From assembly GCA_028534125.1 (NCBI GenBank), contig CM052817.1, positions 70,000,001 through 70,064,000 on the forward strand: 64,000 nt of DNA, written 5' to 3'. This document shows, piece after piece, positions 37,186 through 51,620 of the stretch. A program made the translations under genes and the position numbers. Source of the DNA: Lama glama (Eukaryota). The notes beneath the pieces were generated by a model. The model was not told the origin of the DNA. It made no database searches and saw only the letters and a list, made by a program, of their open reading frames with translations. Position 1 is the stretch's first letter; each line of letters opens with the position of its first letter.

Positions 37186-38493
37186 AACAGTGAGAGTGGG
37201 GGGATGGGAGCTGGGTGGGAGAGGCGCTGTGGTCAGCTCAGGGTGCTGCAGGACCTGATGCCATCTGTTAAGACATAGATAATCCACTTCAGTTTCTTAT
37301 TTTTTCTATTTGCAAAACGTTATCACCAATTAATCTTCAGCAGATAAAAATGAAATGCCACTACAAATGTCATTACCTAGTGTTATAGTTATTCTAGTTA
37401 CATTATAAAGTTCTGAGCTTTAGTTTTGTGTTTTTCTCTTTACTTTCTTTTAATCCAGAGGCTACATCGTCAAGAGCGTGTTACTCTCTCGTCAGAGCTG
37501 ACCGCAGTTGTGGCTCAGAGGGGAAGGCACAGGAGAGGATTTGCACATCTTCCCCTCCCCTCCTCCCAACGTCAGGAAATCAGGGGAATTATGTGCAAGG
37601 AAAGTTCCATGCTAACTACAGGGTCATGGCTTAAAGAATGCGAAAGGGCCATCACCAAACAGAGATGAGGCTCCAAATAAATTTATTTTTAAGAAAATTT
37701 TACAAGAGCTTTGGCTTTCTCTTCAACATTAACAACCGGCATGTCTGATTTTGGCCAATCGTTTGCCTTTTAAGAAAATCTTCAGACAAATCATTATTTT
37801 ATATTTAAGTACAACTCTTTTATTACATGGTTCTGTCTAACCTGAAGCTTTAATTATCTGACACTTCAGGGGGACTAAAGAGTCATATAATTGTCTTACC
37901 ATTTATTAATCACTAATAATGCACTAAATGGTGTATGAAATAAACATGATAGAGGAGAAATAATATAGGTTGCAATAGTTAAAAACCTGGATTGCTTGAA
38001 TGAGAAAGACAAGAGAAGGGACATTCACTGAATATTTACTGTATTCTAGGAGCTATGAACAATACTTTTACACTTGTGATCAAATTTATTCCCTCATTTT
38101 AAATGAGGAAACAAACAGGCTCAGAAAGGTTAAGGTCACACGGGTTAGCCTGTAAATGGTTGAACCTGAATTAAATACAGATCTATTCTATCCCAAACAG
38201 TGCTTGAGTGGCCCCACCTGACAACCAGATGAACTGTGAACTGCTGAAAAGAGTGGCAACAAAAGGGAATAACTCACTCTGGGAACCAAAAGGGGATCCA
38301 TACTTTTCAGTAACTGCAGTCTATAAACAGAGGAACTAGGGTTAAGCTGAGAAAAGGTCAGAGTAAAAGGGAAAATGACTTATAATTATGTAAAGTTGCA
38401 ACATCCTATTATTTGATTCACTTCACAACACCTTCACCACACCCCTAATCCTCTGAGTGTTGCCTTTATTTTTCATGTTAAATATTGCCCTTG

Positions 38494-40580
38494 AAGGATC
38501 CAAATTGGAAGGGAATAAGTAAAACTGTCACTATATGTGAATGACATGTTACTATATACAGAAAACCCTAAAGGCTCCACACAAAAACTGCTAGAGCTGA
38601 TAAAAGAATTCAGCAAGGTAGCAGGACACAAGATTAACATACAGAAATCAGTTGCATTTCTTTACACTAATAATGAAATATGAGAAAAGGAATGTAAAGA
38701 GAAAAATCCTTTTTACAATCTTATCCAAAAAAAATTAAAATATTTAGGAGTAAATCTGACCAAGGAGGTGAAAGACTTACACGTGGAAAACTACAAAACA
38801 TTAAAGAAATAAAGATGACTTAAAGAAATAGAAAGATATCCTCTGCTCTTGGACTGGAAGCATTAATGTTGTTAAAATGGCCATACCGCCCAAGGCAATC
38901 TACAGATTTAATGCGATCCCTATCAAATTACGCAGGACATATTTCACAACTAGAACAAATAATCTTAATATTTATATAGAATCACAAAAGACCCAGAGTT
39001 ACCAAAGCAATACTGAAGAAAAAGGACAAAGCTGGAGGAATAACCCTTCCAGATTTCAGACAATACTACAGACCTATAGCAATGAAAACAGCATGGTATT
39101 GGCACAAAAACAGACACACAGATCAATGGAACAGAATGGAGAGCCAAAAAATAAACCCACAGACTTATGGCCAATTAATCAGCAAAGGAGGCAAGAATAT
39201 ACAATGGAGTAAAGACAATCTCTTCAGCAAATGGTGTTGGGAAAACTGGGAAGCTGCATGTAAATCAGTGAAGTCAGAACATTCCCTCATGCCATATACA
39301 AAAATAAACTCAAAATGGCTTAAAGTCTTAAACATAAGACAATACACTATAAACCTCTTAGAAGAAAACATAGGCAAACCATTATCTGACATGAATCTTA
39401 GCAACTGTCTCCTAGGGCAGTCTACCCAGGCAATAGAAATAAAAGCAAAAATAAACAAATGGGACCTAATTAAACTTATAAGCTTTTGCACAGCAAAGGA
39501 AACCATAAGCAAAATAAAAACCTATAGAATGGGAGAAAATATTTGCAAAAGATGAGACTGACAAGGCCTTAACTTCCAGAATATATGAACAGCTCATACA
39601 ACTTAATAATAAAAAAACAAAAAACCCAACCCCAAAATAGGCAGAAAACCTAAACAAGCAATTCTCCAATGAAGACATACAAATGGCCAACAGGCACATG
39701 AAAAAATGCTCAATACCACTAATTATCAGAGAAATGCAAATCAAAACTACAACGAAGTATCACCTGACACCAGTCAGAATGGACATCATTATAAAGTTCA
39801 CAAACGATAATGCTGGAGAGGGTTTGGAGAAAAGGGAACCCTCCTACACTGTTGGTAGGAATGCAGTTTGGTGCAGCCATTAGGGAAAACAGTATGGAGA
39901 TTCCTTAAAAAACTAAAAGTAGACTTACCATATGATCCAGCAATCCCACTCCTGGGCACATATCCAGAAGGAACTCTAATTCGAAAAGCTATATGCATCC
40001 CAATGTTCACAGCAGCACTATATACAACAGCCAAGACATGGAAACAACCTCAGTGACCATCAATAGGTGACTGGATAAAGAAATTGTCATATATTTATAC
40101 AATGGAATACTACTCAGCCACAAAAAATAAAATAATGAATGCCATTTGTAGCAACATAGATGGACCTAGAGATAGTCATTTTAAGTGAAGTTAAGCCAGA
40201 AATAGAAAGCAAAATACCATATGATATCACTCACAGGTGGAATCTAAAAAAGAAAAAAAAGGACACTATGAACTCATCTACAAAACAGAAACAGACTCGC
40301 AGACACAGCAAACAATCTTATGGTTATCAGGCAAAGGGGATGGGAAGGGATAAATTTGAGAGTTTGAGATTTGCAAATGTTAGCCACTATATATAAAAAT
40401 AGATTTTAAAAGTTTCTTCTCTATAGCACAGGGAACTATGTTCAATATCTTTTAATAACCTTTAATGAAAAAGCATATGAAAATGAATATATGTATGTAT
40501 ATGCATGACTGGGACATTGTGCTGTACACCAAAAACTGACACACTGTAACTGACTGTACTTCAGTTTAAAAGAAAAAGAA
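38494..40580 (+). mobile_element. 5'-truncated, inactivated LINE-1 (3' part of ORF2, 3'UTR, A tail), antisense to LEF1
   Basis: ORF2 fragments in shifting frames: [66 protein letters not shown]. The RT motif is degraded to LYVNDM (38531-38548) and the Cys-rich region has a stop (LLHCW*EC). The 3'UTR is artiodactyl-type (TATAGCACAGGGAACTAT). Confidence 0.96.
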
Positions 40581-40898
40581 GACATATGTGCCAATTTTGT
40601 TGTCCATCAAGCTGTCTCTGCTTTTAATAAGTGCTATATGCGTAAAACGGTCTCTGCTTAAAACTGGGTGTTTTGCAAAGTGAAAAGAGTAACATTTCAG
40701 TCTGTGGGGATCCTCATTTTTCTATAGAATTTGCTGAAGAGACTTTCAAAAGAAAAAAAGTGCAAATTATTTTGTGTTCAGCTCCTAACAATAAAATTCT
40801 AACTGAGAGCTAAGGTTTATTAAGAAAAGCAAACCATTTTCTATGAATGTATAAATATGATATTTATACTGTAAGATAAGCACTAAGCTATACTAAGG

Positions 40899-41222
40899 AG
40901 CTGTTCTGTCCACTATGGTAGCCGTTGGTTACCAGCTTTTCAGGGCTTGAAATGTGTCCAGTCTGAATATAGATGTGCTATAAGTGTAAAAGACACACTC
41001 GATTTCAAACATTTAATGTGGAAAAAAGAATGTAAAGTATCTCAGGAAGCTTTTAGATTGATTACATGTTGAAATAACATTTTGGTTATACTGTGTTAAA
41101 AAGTTATTGTTAAAATTAATTTTACCCATCTCTACTGTTTTGATGGGGCTACTAGAAAATTTAAAATTACATATATGACTTGCATTTCTGGACTTGCACT
41201 GTATTTCTATCAGGTAGCTCTG
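40899..41222. mobile_element. MER3/MER33-like hAT MITE
   Basis: CTGTCCACTATGGTAGCC...TTGAAATGTG...AGATGTGCTATAAGTGTAAAA...CTAGAAAATTTAAAATTACATAT. Confidence 0.75.
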
Positions 41223-42303
41223 CTTTATAGTTTGAAAATCTGTAGGTAAAAATGCCCCTTTCTCTTTTGTACTTCAATTTGACTTAAAACAAAACACAAA
41301 AGGAGGCATGTCTGTTAACAAAAGTTCCTTTTACAGAAAAGGAAACTTATGGATAAGGAAACTGAAAATCAGAAAAGTTTAGTGGCAGAGTTGGCAATTA
41401 AACACGAGATTTCAATATTCCATACTGAGGGCCAAGTCAATATGTTTAAAACCAAATATTTACATGACAGGTAGTATAAAAGCATAACATTTCATATTAT
41501 AGTATGAAAGAAATTACTAAATTATGTCCACCTTTTACAGGTCACTGACCCTTTCGAATAAATGGTTGTGTTGCACAGCAGTTACCTTCAACTTCTTCAC
41601 ATACTTTTAAAAACACCTAATACACACTTTCAGATTCATTACAAATTAATGATGAACTCATTCCATGATAGGTAACCATCTTTCCCATCTCTCATCAGAG
41701 TATACTGCCTGAAAAAACAAACACCAAAGTTCATCTTCAGTGAAAATGATGCTGCAGCTATCACTATTTATAGGATATACTTATGAGTCAAGGAAAAAGA
41801 ACCTTTTGTTTCAGATTTGAAAACAAAATCTTGAAATGAGTTGAAACTGAGGCAAAAAAACCTGAATGACAAATGAAGCAGATTACATAAATAGGATTTT
41901 ATGTAATTGTGCACAACTTAAAGTCCCTAAATAAGTCAAGCTAGAATAGCAAACCCTCCTTGAAGATATTTGTTTTAATGGTATAAAAAGAAGAAGTAAA
42001 ATGTAAAGACCCTTTAGAAGCTCAACTCTATGTCTATATTATAAAAAAGAAATGTTCTTAGCCAACGGGAAGGTACAGCAGCAAAGATGACAATAGCTAT
42101 TCTCTGCTAGTGAAAAAGGATACTCCTGTGAATATAAAATCAAAGATAAACTCTATTTTGTAGCATTCATCTTGAACAGGAAATTTCCTTTTTGAATTTT
42201 TTCTTGTACCTTTTGTGGGGGAACTTGCTGAAGAATTCGAGGCAGACACTGAATGCCGCATCTACAAATCTTTCCCAAAGCAACCAAGGTTGCCCTTAAT
42301 TTA

Positions 42304-42505
42304 CAGCACTGTGTGGAAGACAGCTTGTACTAGCTCTCCAGAGCTGACTGCTAAATTTTCAGGAATTTTGAGGGCCTGTTAATACTACGTTGGTAGCTTG
42401 AAATTGGCCATGGTGGGATTATTTACACCATGGAAATTGGCAAATGTGAAAAGTCAGTGCCAGTTCCCCCAAGCAGGTTGTTAGACATGAAACAGCACAC
42501 CCCTG
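42304..42505. mobile_element. MER63-like hAT transposon relic
   Basis: TAAATTTTCAGGAATTTTG, TTGGTAGCTTGAAATTGGCCATGGTGGGA.TATTTACACCATGGAAATTGGCAAA and a CAGCACACC end. Confidence 0.7.
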
Positions 42506-45500
42506 GCAAACACTAAATCCCTTCCTAAATGACTAGGTGAAACAAACTTTTCTTTCCTTAGTTCTCTTTGATAAGCAACAGGAACATATTCTTGATCTTG
42601 GTCTGAAACCATTCCAGAATAAGAAACTTCAAAGATTATCATTTGACATGATCTAGGATGGCCTGAACCATGCCCCCAGGCCCTGCTAACACTGGGGCAA
42701 TGTGTGGCCATTGGTCATTAATTACTCTGCCTGGCTCCTGGCCTCTGGGCCTCAACACCACTTTCTTTGAGTCACTAGACAGGAGTTCTGCTGGCCGGCA
42801 AGAAGAGGCTTGTAGAAGATTTACTGGCATTTTCTTCCCTCTTCTCAAGGAAACAGTTCATGTAGCCCAAAAAAGTGCAAAATACTTAATGTAATTATTT
42901 TTGAAAGTTATCCATAACAAATGAATTTTATAGAGAAAAGCAACTGAAACTATGTCAGATGTGCATTGAAGAATGCAGCTTCCAACATGAGGGCAGTATA
43001 TGAGAATGCAATTATCCAGGCCAACTGTACAGAACCTGGAGTTGGACTAAATATGAAAAAAGAGGGAGATGAGAGGCTGATATCTTTGTAGTGCATTCAC
43101 TCAAGAAATATGACACAAATTCTCTGTAGAGAATATGAGAATCAATTTAGGGATATCTGAAAGCAATTATGAATTTTCCAGAGAGGTATAAAGGAGCAAA
43201 AATAATTTAAGGGCTAATTAAAGAATATTTGTAAGATGCTCTACTCTTTGTTTTAACAAAGTTTTTGCCTGCATTTCCATACCAAGGCTGGTGGTAGTGG
43301 ACAGTTCTCGGGCAAGTAATAATAGCATATAGGATTTTAAGTTGAAAGACCTGGATAATATTCCTGGTCCTACCTGTTGCTTGTGTGAACTTATGCAAAT
43401 GACTTACCCTTTTTTGTGTTTCAGATTGCTCATTAAATGAGGCTAACATTTTCCCCAGCTAAGTTTGTATAAGGATCAAATGGGATCATGCATGGAAAAA
43501 CACTTTGCAAGTAGTAAAACACTACGTAAATACAATATTAATTCTACTTTGGAAAAAAAAGAAGTCATTAATCTCATTTCCTACATTGAGAAAGTTATTA
43601 CCTGTGTCAACATGCATTAGTTCAGTGAATACCAGATAAAGCTAGCTTAGAAATTTGCTGACACAGTTAATAATGGCCTCAAAGAATCCTCTCAATCACT
43701 GTGTTTCACTACTGATTCGCAACCTCAAAGAAATCTCTACTTCCCTATTAAGATAACTTTTTTGTGTAAAAATGTTTTTTTCTATGATGCAAACATGCTA
43801 TAATATGTTCCATCTAAATGTATGAAGGATATTTCAGTTTACCTCTTTAATATGTGGCACCTGCTTCATCTGAATACCAATATTTTAATGATGTTTGAAG
43901 GTAGTGACTGACTGGATAATACAGAAAGTAGGAATATATACACCATGGGGCTGACAAACACTGAAGATGATCTAAAACACAGGAGGCAGCAAGGAAGGTA
44001 AATACATCGGAGGAGGGGGCAGGCAAGAGTCTTAGGTGCAACAACTTGAAGTTGTGAGTCTGAGGGTTGGATTCCTACCATCAACAAAAGATAAAAGTGT
44101 GGGCCCGAATATCTTCCAACACCAACGGCCCTGTGATCCCAACGGTTCTGAAGCTTTGAATTCCCATACTTTATTGTTCTAGTGGTTCTCTATTGATTCT
44201 AGTGTAGCTAGGAGGAAGGAAGGTCAGGAAGGCAAAAGAAAGAACTGCATATGATCAGAGATGACTTATTTATCTGAACATTAAAAAAAATCAGTTTGAA
44301 GATGGGTCAATGTCACATGGCTGATGGGGCACTGGCTTGATGGCAGTGTGTGCCAGGAATCTGAAGGGACATCAATAAAGCTTGCAGACATTAAGACAGT
44401 GGGCAGGAGCATGTTAGCTGTCGTTAAGCCTGATTTCTCCCAGTCCAAGGACCTGTAAGATTGCGCTAGTCATGATCAAGAGACAGAACTTCCAGATAGA
44501 TGGGTCATCCTGCCAGATTTCCACTAAGGGCTTCTTCCTTTCTGCAGCAAAGACAGGAACCATTGTGTTTTCCTGCACCTCAAGTCTGCCTTGAATCTCC
44601 ACCACTTTGCCTTCACAGACAAACCCAACCGGACTAGTCTGTGACCAAGAAGTGGCAACACCTTGTCCGAAGGGCAGGGAGATGGCAGCCCCCCAAGCTG
44701 GGGGCACATGTACAAAACGGCCAGCCCAAAGCCTACACTAACAGTGAGGAGATGCTCAGTACTTGAAAGGGCTATGAACGGTATGGCTCCAGAGCTATGG
44801 TCCTACGTAGCAGCAAATGTAGAAGAGTCCTGCGTTATTTCAGGAGTATGGACTCCAGGTGTCCACTTAAGTGCTTTACTGCAAAGAGGATGCGTCTCTG
44901 GCAGTTTGATCTAGCTATGAATAAGCCACTCCAAGAAAATGTTCACAAAATGTCTTCATGCTCCTTGTCTCGTTTGGATCTCACCATCACTCTGGAAGAA
45001 AAGTATTAGTATCCCCATGTTCCAGACAAGGACAAGGAATCTCAGTAAAGTCCAACACCAGTTAGCAAGAAAGGCTGGATCAATCCTATTTTCCTTCGCC
45101 AAACCACGATGCAGCCCATTTTCTGATTATCCAGTGGCCGATAGCCTGTCTTACTAGGCTGATCTCAAAAGTTGACCTGGAAAAGGCCACAGGGCCTCAG
45201 AGGCAAGTGTGAGAAATATCAAGCTATAAATGTGTAGCCAAATAAGAAATCACCACAGAACCTTCCCCTCCTCTTAAAATACTATCATTGCTGTCATCTG
45301 AGTTTATGTTTTAGAAATGGTATGCAACACAGTAATAGTATAATCAATCAGTACATTATTCACAAGCCTTCTAATTCCCAAGCCAAGCTGATTAATGTGA
45401 TTCCCAAGCCAAGGAATGTCAAGAAAGACTATATGCTACCACTCTATTTGGAAAACTCCTGCTATAAAACTAAGAATCATCACTGTAAGGAGCCTATGTG

Positions 45501-45871
45501 CCTGTATCTGTCACCCCTCCTTTAATTTCCAGTTTATGTTAATAATGGTCATTTCTTCAGGCTCTCAAGTCTTCCAACTAATTAGCAATGCTCAGGTTAT
45601 CTTCTTAACCCTGATTACTACTGCTAATTCTTGAAAATAATTAAACTTTATTTCACCAAAGTTTGAATATGTCTATTAAAAAATCCGTGGGAATTCATTT
45701 TCTCCACTAACCCTATTTAAGCCAGTTTAATGTGGAGATAACATAAATCATTGTAAATAATGTTTTCTTGTATTTAACACAACCTGAAATTTTCCAACTC
45801 AGCTTATTACTAATTCAGTTGTGTTTTCTCTAACAAAATATGTTGACTCGTTTAACATCTGTCTCCCTGAA

Positions 45872-45965
45872 AATTAATTAATTAATTAATAGAGGTACCG
45901 GGGACTGAACCCAGGACCTCATGTATGTTAAGCATGCACTCTACTACTGAACTGTACTGTCCCCT
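45872..45965 (-). mobile_element. tRNA-Ala-derived SINE
   Basis: Reverse complement of the SINE body (GAACCCAGGACCTC...AAGCATGCACTCTAC) with an (ATTA)n tail. Confidence 0.85.
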
Positions 45966-46034
45966 CACCAAATTTTTAAGCTAGGTGATACTTAGGCCTT
46001 TAAAAATATTTCAAAGAATAGATTAAAAAAAGAG

Positions 46035-46621
46035 TTTTTCAGTTCCTCAGAAAGTTAAACCTAGAATTGCCATATGACCTAGCAATTCCAATTCTAGGTG
46101 CATACCCAAGAGAACTGAAACCATGTGCTCACAATAACACGTGTACACAAATTTTTCACAGCAGCATTATTCATAACAGCCAAAACATGGAACAATCCAA
46201 ATGTCCATCAACTGATGAACGGATAAATAAACTGTGATATAGCCCCACAATCGACAATTATTCAGCCATAAAAAAGAGAGAAGCTCTGATACATGCTAGA
46301 TCATGGATGAAGCTTAAAACTATATTAAGCGGAATAAACCGGACACTAAAGGTCACATACTACATGATTCTATTTCCACGTAACATCCAGAACAGGCAAA
46401 TCCATAGGGACAGAAAGTAGAGTGGTTGCCAGGGCTGAGGGGAGGCGGAAACTGGGAATGATCGCTAATAGGTAAGGACTTCTTTCCGCAGTGATAAAAA
46501 TGTTCTGGAATTAGATGACGGTCACAGGTCTACAACTCAGTGACTATCCTGAAACCATTAAATTGTACAATCTAAATGATGAGTTTTATGTTACAAGAAT
46601 TATATCTCAAGTTTAAAAAAT
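46035..46621 (+). mobile_element. Older L1 3' end (L1MA/MB-like)
   Basis: CCATATGACCTAGCAATTCC, CAAATGTCCATCAACTGATGAA..GATAAA and GTGGTTGCCAGGG, ending in GAATTATATCTCAA plus an A run. Confidence 0.88.
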
Positions 46622-48449
46622 AAACTAAAGGCACCAGAACTGATTTGGACTGAATGACAGCTAATTTTACTACATATGTAGGGCAAGTTGAAGTGATATT
46701 TTACTGCGTGTGTGTATTGTATCTCTGAACCTTGTAATTTACATGCAGTGATGACAGGCATCTCTGAAGGCTAAACTAGGGATTAGATATAACCAAAGCA
46801 CAGCCCACAGCAGAAGCGTGACACACTGTTTAGGGATGTGTGTGTTTAGGGACACAGATGACACCCACATAAGTATACTGCGGACGTATCTGGGAGCGAG
46901 CCTCCCCTTCTCTGGCGGACTCACTCCTGGGCCTAACTCATGGAGACGGAGCCGGCAGTGGGGCTGTTACTGGAGTTCTCTGGAGTCGGTCCATAAACCG
47001 CATCAGTCTGACCCTGCGGACGCCGCCAGTGGATGGACAGTTGGGAACTGGAGAATTTTCCAGGCATCCTCCAACCTGCCAGAGGATGACGCGGGTGTGT
47101 GCAAACTTCCTGGGAACCAGCCCTGTCTTCTCAGCTGCCAGGTGGACTGATGGGCATGTGCCCCAGGGGGCTGAAGGCAGCATACCCTGCAGACCCAGAA
47201 TCCAGGCACACGCGGAAGGAAGGGCTCCAAGGGCTCCCTGCTGGCCCGGCCAGCAGGCCGGCTTTATAGGCAGCAAACCCCGCAAACTCTGCATTTGCAA
47301 CCTGGAGGGCTAAGTACCGTCGTTTCTATTCTTTTCTACACTTCAAAAGGCAGAGAGTTTTCAAAGTTACAAGTGTGTCAAGAATCCACCTCTATGTAGT
47401 ATCTACTCCTTAAGAGGACTCCTGGGTTGGAATACAAAGCTTAAAAGCTACTCTCTTAGAATTTTAAAAATTACCTTCATTTCAAATATTTCCATTCCCA
47501 AGTGGTTGCAAAATTAACTTCAATAATGTTCAAATCATGATTTTTACTGTTACGAATGAAAATTTTAAATCTTCTATCTCATTTCTCTATAGAGGATCTA
47601 GCCAAATTCTTATGCTAGAACAATGGAAGTGATCACATCTTCTACAGAAAAGTCTCTGCCAGGGCTCTCATTAGCCTGCCATCACAGGATATGTGCAAAA
47701 TGACTCCTGGGCTTGAGATGAAATATTCATTTTATCTCATATGAGAGGGGGGGAAATTGCCACTTCAAAGTGATCAAGAGCAAAGCAGTTTATTAAAGCA
47801 GGATTCGAGTGCTGGAAGGAGCCTGAGGGCTCAGAATTCTGACTACCCTTGTGTCGTCTGCAGCCAAGCTCTGGATCTTCCCACTCCAGATCCAATGCTC
47901 CCCCCACGACAGCACGCCATTACCAGATCAACCAAAAATTCTCAAAGGTGAGCCCAAACCTGGCTCAGAGAGATTAAACAGTCCAATCAATTCAGTTCAC
48001 TTCTACCCAACTCAACTTTAAATTGAGCACCAAACATGTTAAGGTGCAGGGCCAGATAAGGAAGGATGGCAAGGGGGGCAAAAATAAGTAAAATCTCATC
48101 TCTGTTCTTGAAGAACTTGGTATCTGCTCAAGGAGGTAAGACACATTTGCAAGTACCTATAATGTGACGTGTTCAAAACAAAACTAGATGAATTGGGAGA
48201 GGAGCAGGTCCAGCAGGAAGTAACAGGACAGAGAGATGGCAGTGACAGAGGAAGGGTCACAAACGTGAGCGCCACCGAGGAGGCAGAGGACAATGAGCTG
48301 AACACGGTGACAGAAAGGGTGTGGTGGTGAGGGGAAGGGCCAGGAGAAGCCTTCCAGGTTTCCACACTAGAAGCCTTGGACAATGGTGAGGCTCTCTGTG
48401 GACTAGGACGGGGTAGGCAGGCAGATGAGGAATGATAACAGCTGTGTTA

Positions 48450-49870
48450 TCACACACGTTCTGAGAAAATTTTAGGTCCACTGAAGGGGAAAAAAATTGG
48501 GTGTTATGCCCTTTGACTATCATGAAATCCAACAGACCACTTTCACTCCTCTCCCCACCCCTGCTGCCTCTCACTGCTGTCTCCCCTGTCACACATGACT
48601 GCACCTTCCAGTTGGGGTATTCATGTTGTTGTCACTTCATGCAGCAAAATTAACAAAGGGACTTTCGTGAGGTCACTGGGCTAGAAAGTGGCAGAGCCAA
48701 CACCAGACTCCAAGGATGGCCCAGGACTGGACTTCTGGCCCCTGGGCACCCTTTCCTCCATAACGCTCCCTGTAGAGTAGATGAGTTTCAAGGAGGAGTG
48801 GCAGAAATAGAAATTATTTTTCCAAAACTTAGTCATGTTGGTAAAAAATATATAAGAAAAAGCAACGTCACATGATCATTAAGAACGCTTGATAATGAAG
48901 GGCAGTTTACACATACTTATATTCCCTTTTAACTTCTGTTGAATGCTCAGAGAGAGGAAACCCATCTGAGTGAGGAGGCAGGTCGGCTGAAAAATGCATA
49001 ATAAGAGGGATGGGTAGAAATCAGACAGCGTTCAGACAGTGTGACAGCCAGAGTCCAGCAGTGGGTAGGTAACTCAAGCCTGATTAGAAAACATTAAAAA
49101 CAAAACAAAACAAAAAAACAAAACCCACATCTTACTGCCTCTTAAGATAAAAAGGCCCATTGGTCCTGGTGGAAGGGCTGACTCGGCCTTTAAATAGCCA
49201 CTCTCTCTGCCTCTTGTCATTTTTATTCCACCACGAATGCCTGGAAGTGGGGCTGGGGTCAGTGGCCTCTGCAGGCAAACATGATGGATGGAGTTTATGG
49301 GCACAGAGAGGGAAGAGGCTTTTTTTTTTTTTTTTTAAGATCACACAGATTTTAGCAGCCTTACTTCTGGGAAAAGTGAAATTTCACATAGCATCTATGA
49401 ACAGAAAAAAGACTGGAAACATGCTCTAAAATGCTAACTACAATGTTCACTTGTGAGACCAGAGGTGATTTTTGTCTCTAGCACTTTTCTGTATGCTCTA
49501 AAATTTCTACCAAGAATTTTATGCATTACCCTTACAATCAAATAAAAAAGTTTTATTTTATAACACAGTGAAATTTTAGTGCTATTTGAGCTTAAACTAT
49601 ATACTATTTTCTATTATACTGAATTTTATTTTGGATAGCCACTAAAGTCAGCTTCACATGTTAATTTTTAGGTTTTTCACAAAATCTCCTATGTTTCTGT
49701 CAAGTAAATGATTATCTTCACACAAACACACACTCTGAGACCATTTTAGATTGATCGACAGAAAAAAAAAATTGGGTGTTATACCTTTTTGACTATCATG
49801 GAATCCAAGAACTCACTTTCACTCCTTACCCTCCCCGACTCTGCTGTCTCCACTGCCATCCCCGCTGTTA
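48450..49870 (+). repeat. Diverged ~150-bp direct duplication (~48450-48590 and ~49725-49870)
   Basis: AAAAATTGGGTGTTAT[GCCC/ACCTT]TTTGACTATCATG[A/G]AATCCAA...CACTTTCACTCCT is present in both copies. Confidence 0.9.
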
Positions 49871-51404
49871 TTGATGAGAGAAAGAACAAGATAAAGAAAA
49901 CCCAGGACATTCACAAAACTCGTGAGGACAATTACCACATGAAGGTCTTATAAATAGGAGCCAGGATAGCCTCACAAAGCACAACTCTGATGGCTCAGAG
50001 CCAGTCGTCCACAGGGCTAAGCTGCTGCCAAAGGACAGCTTCCCTGGGCAGGGATGGGGTGAGACAGAGTCGTGAAGTGAAACTCATCTGCACTGAACTC
50101 GAGAGAGAGATGGAAGTATCAACGAGACCCAATCATCTATTCAATCACTCTGGAAAGTGTACAGCTGCAGGGGACCTCAACCTTGATATGTGGCTTTAGA
50201 ACAGAGTGCTTCAACTTTGAGGTTTCCTCTCCAAATGGCTCAGATTTTCCACATCAACCTTCAGGTGCTTTGCAAGAGATGACAGTTGTGTAACCAGCCA
50301 TAACATCGTGCTGGTAATGAAAAGGTCTCAGTTTATCATCTTATCTGCAATCAGTTTGTCATAGCACCTCTTTCTTACTTTCGACTTCTTCTCGATTTGA
50401 CTCACTCACAGTACCCCTTTTCTTCTTGCAACCTAATCTGGTTACGGGGTGCAGCACTAATGTTTTACTGGGCTCAGTTATTCCTACCCAAATTACAGCA
50501 ACGACACGCATAACAACTGGTATTTGCCTTCTGAATGTGTACAATAACTCGCCTTACAATGGGAGATGGCTCATGGCCTTGGAACCAGGTACACTTCCAT
50601 CAAAATAAGAACAGTCACATGGTCCAGAGAAACACGTGGCTAGAAAGGCCTCCCACCTCACCTTACCAGCTCTTTGCCATGGGGTAAACAGGATCCTTTA
50701 TGGAACCCATACAAATCACTACCTTCTCAATTTATTTATAAGGTCCACTTGCATGAAGTTAGGATTAACAGTTAAATATTAGGTTTAAAAATAAACAGAA
50801 AACAAGCAAACAAGTCCTTCCTGTTGAGCTGCAAGTTTCTCTCTCCTCCCTCGCACTCCTACCCCTATTAACTCTCTTAATTACATTAAAAGGATCTGGA
50901 GCGAAGATCTTACTAATAATTAGGGGTGACTTGTGTGTGTTTTTCATTTTCTATCTGCAAACCAGGAATACAGGATTGGATCCAGACCAAATATGAAATT
51001 CAGTAGGTCCCTCCTATGTCCACAGCTTAGCATGCAAACTTTGGTATGTAAAAAAACCTTACATTTCTACCTAGGGATGTAGTTTTGATAAAAAAAGACA
51101 AAGGATAATTTGTTAAACCTGCTGGAAGCTACTTATCTGCTGTGGGCATGCAATCTTAAGGCATATTTGAGTTAGCACCTGTGTGGAAGAACCAATTAAA
51201 TTGGAAGAAAGAAATCCACTCCCTGTATGGCCATCAACTGTTCCTCCACAGTGTTTTTCAGCCTGAGCACTTCCTCAGCGCCCAGTTTGTTTCAGTGATT
51301 AACAGACGAAAGCTAAATGCTCTTCCCTTGCTGGAGGCTGTCATCCTGAAACACCTCTGAGGAAGAGGAACAAGCTGTCTTCCAGGTCAGTGAGGTGCTC
51401 AGGC

Positions 51405-51620
51405 GTGGACCCTGCAGCCAGACTGCCTGGGCTGGACTGTCACTTCTGCCACTTAACAGCTGGGTGATCTCTGGCAAGTCGCTCCACCTCCATGTGCCCA
51501 GTTTCTGGATGTGGAAAGTGGAGCCCTGAAGGACTGATGAGTACATGTGCTGACGTGCGCAAACCACTTACAACAGGGCCCTGCTCTTGGCAAGTGCTGT
51601 GTCAGTGCTGAGCAAACGAC
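51405..51620 (+). mobile_element. MIR SINE
   Basis: GCCAGACTGCCTGGG..CTGCCACTTAACAGCTGGGTGATCTCTGGCAAGTC..GTGCCCAGTTTC. Confidence 0.7.

Noticed and set aside
38877..40056. Active reverse transcriptase gene
   Set aside because: It is 5'-truncated and frameshifted, has in-frame stops, and the catalytic motif is mutated.
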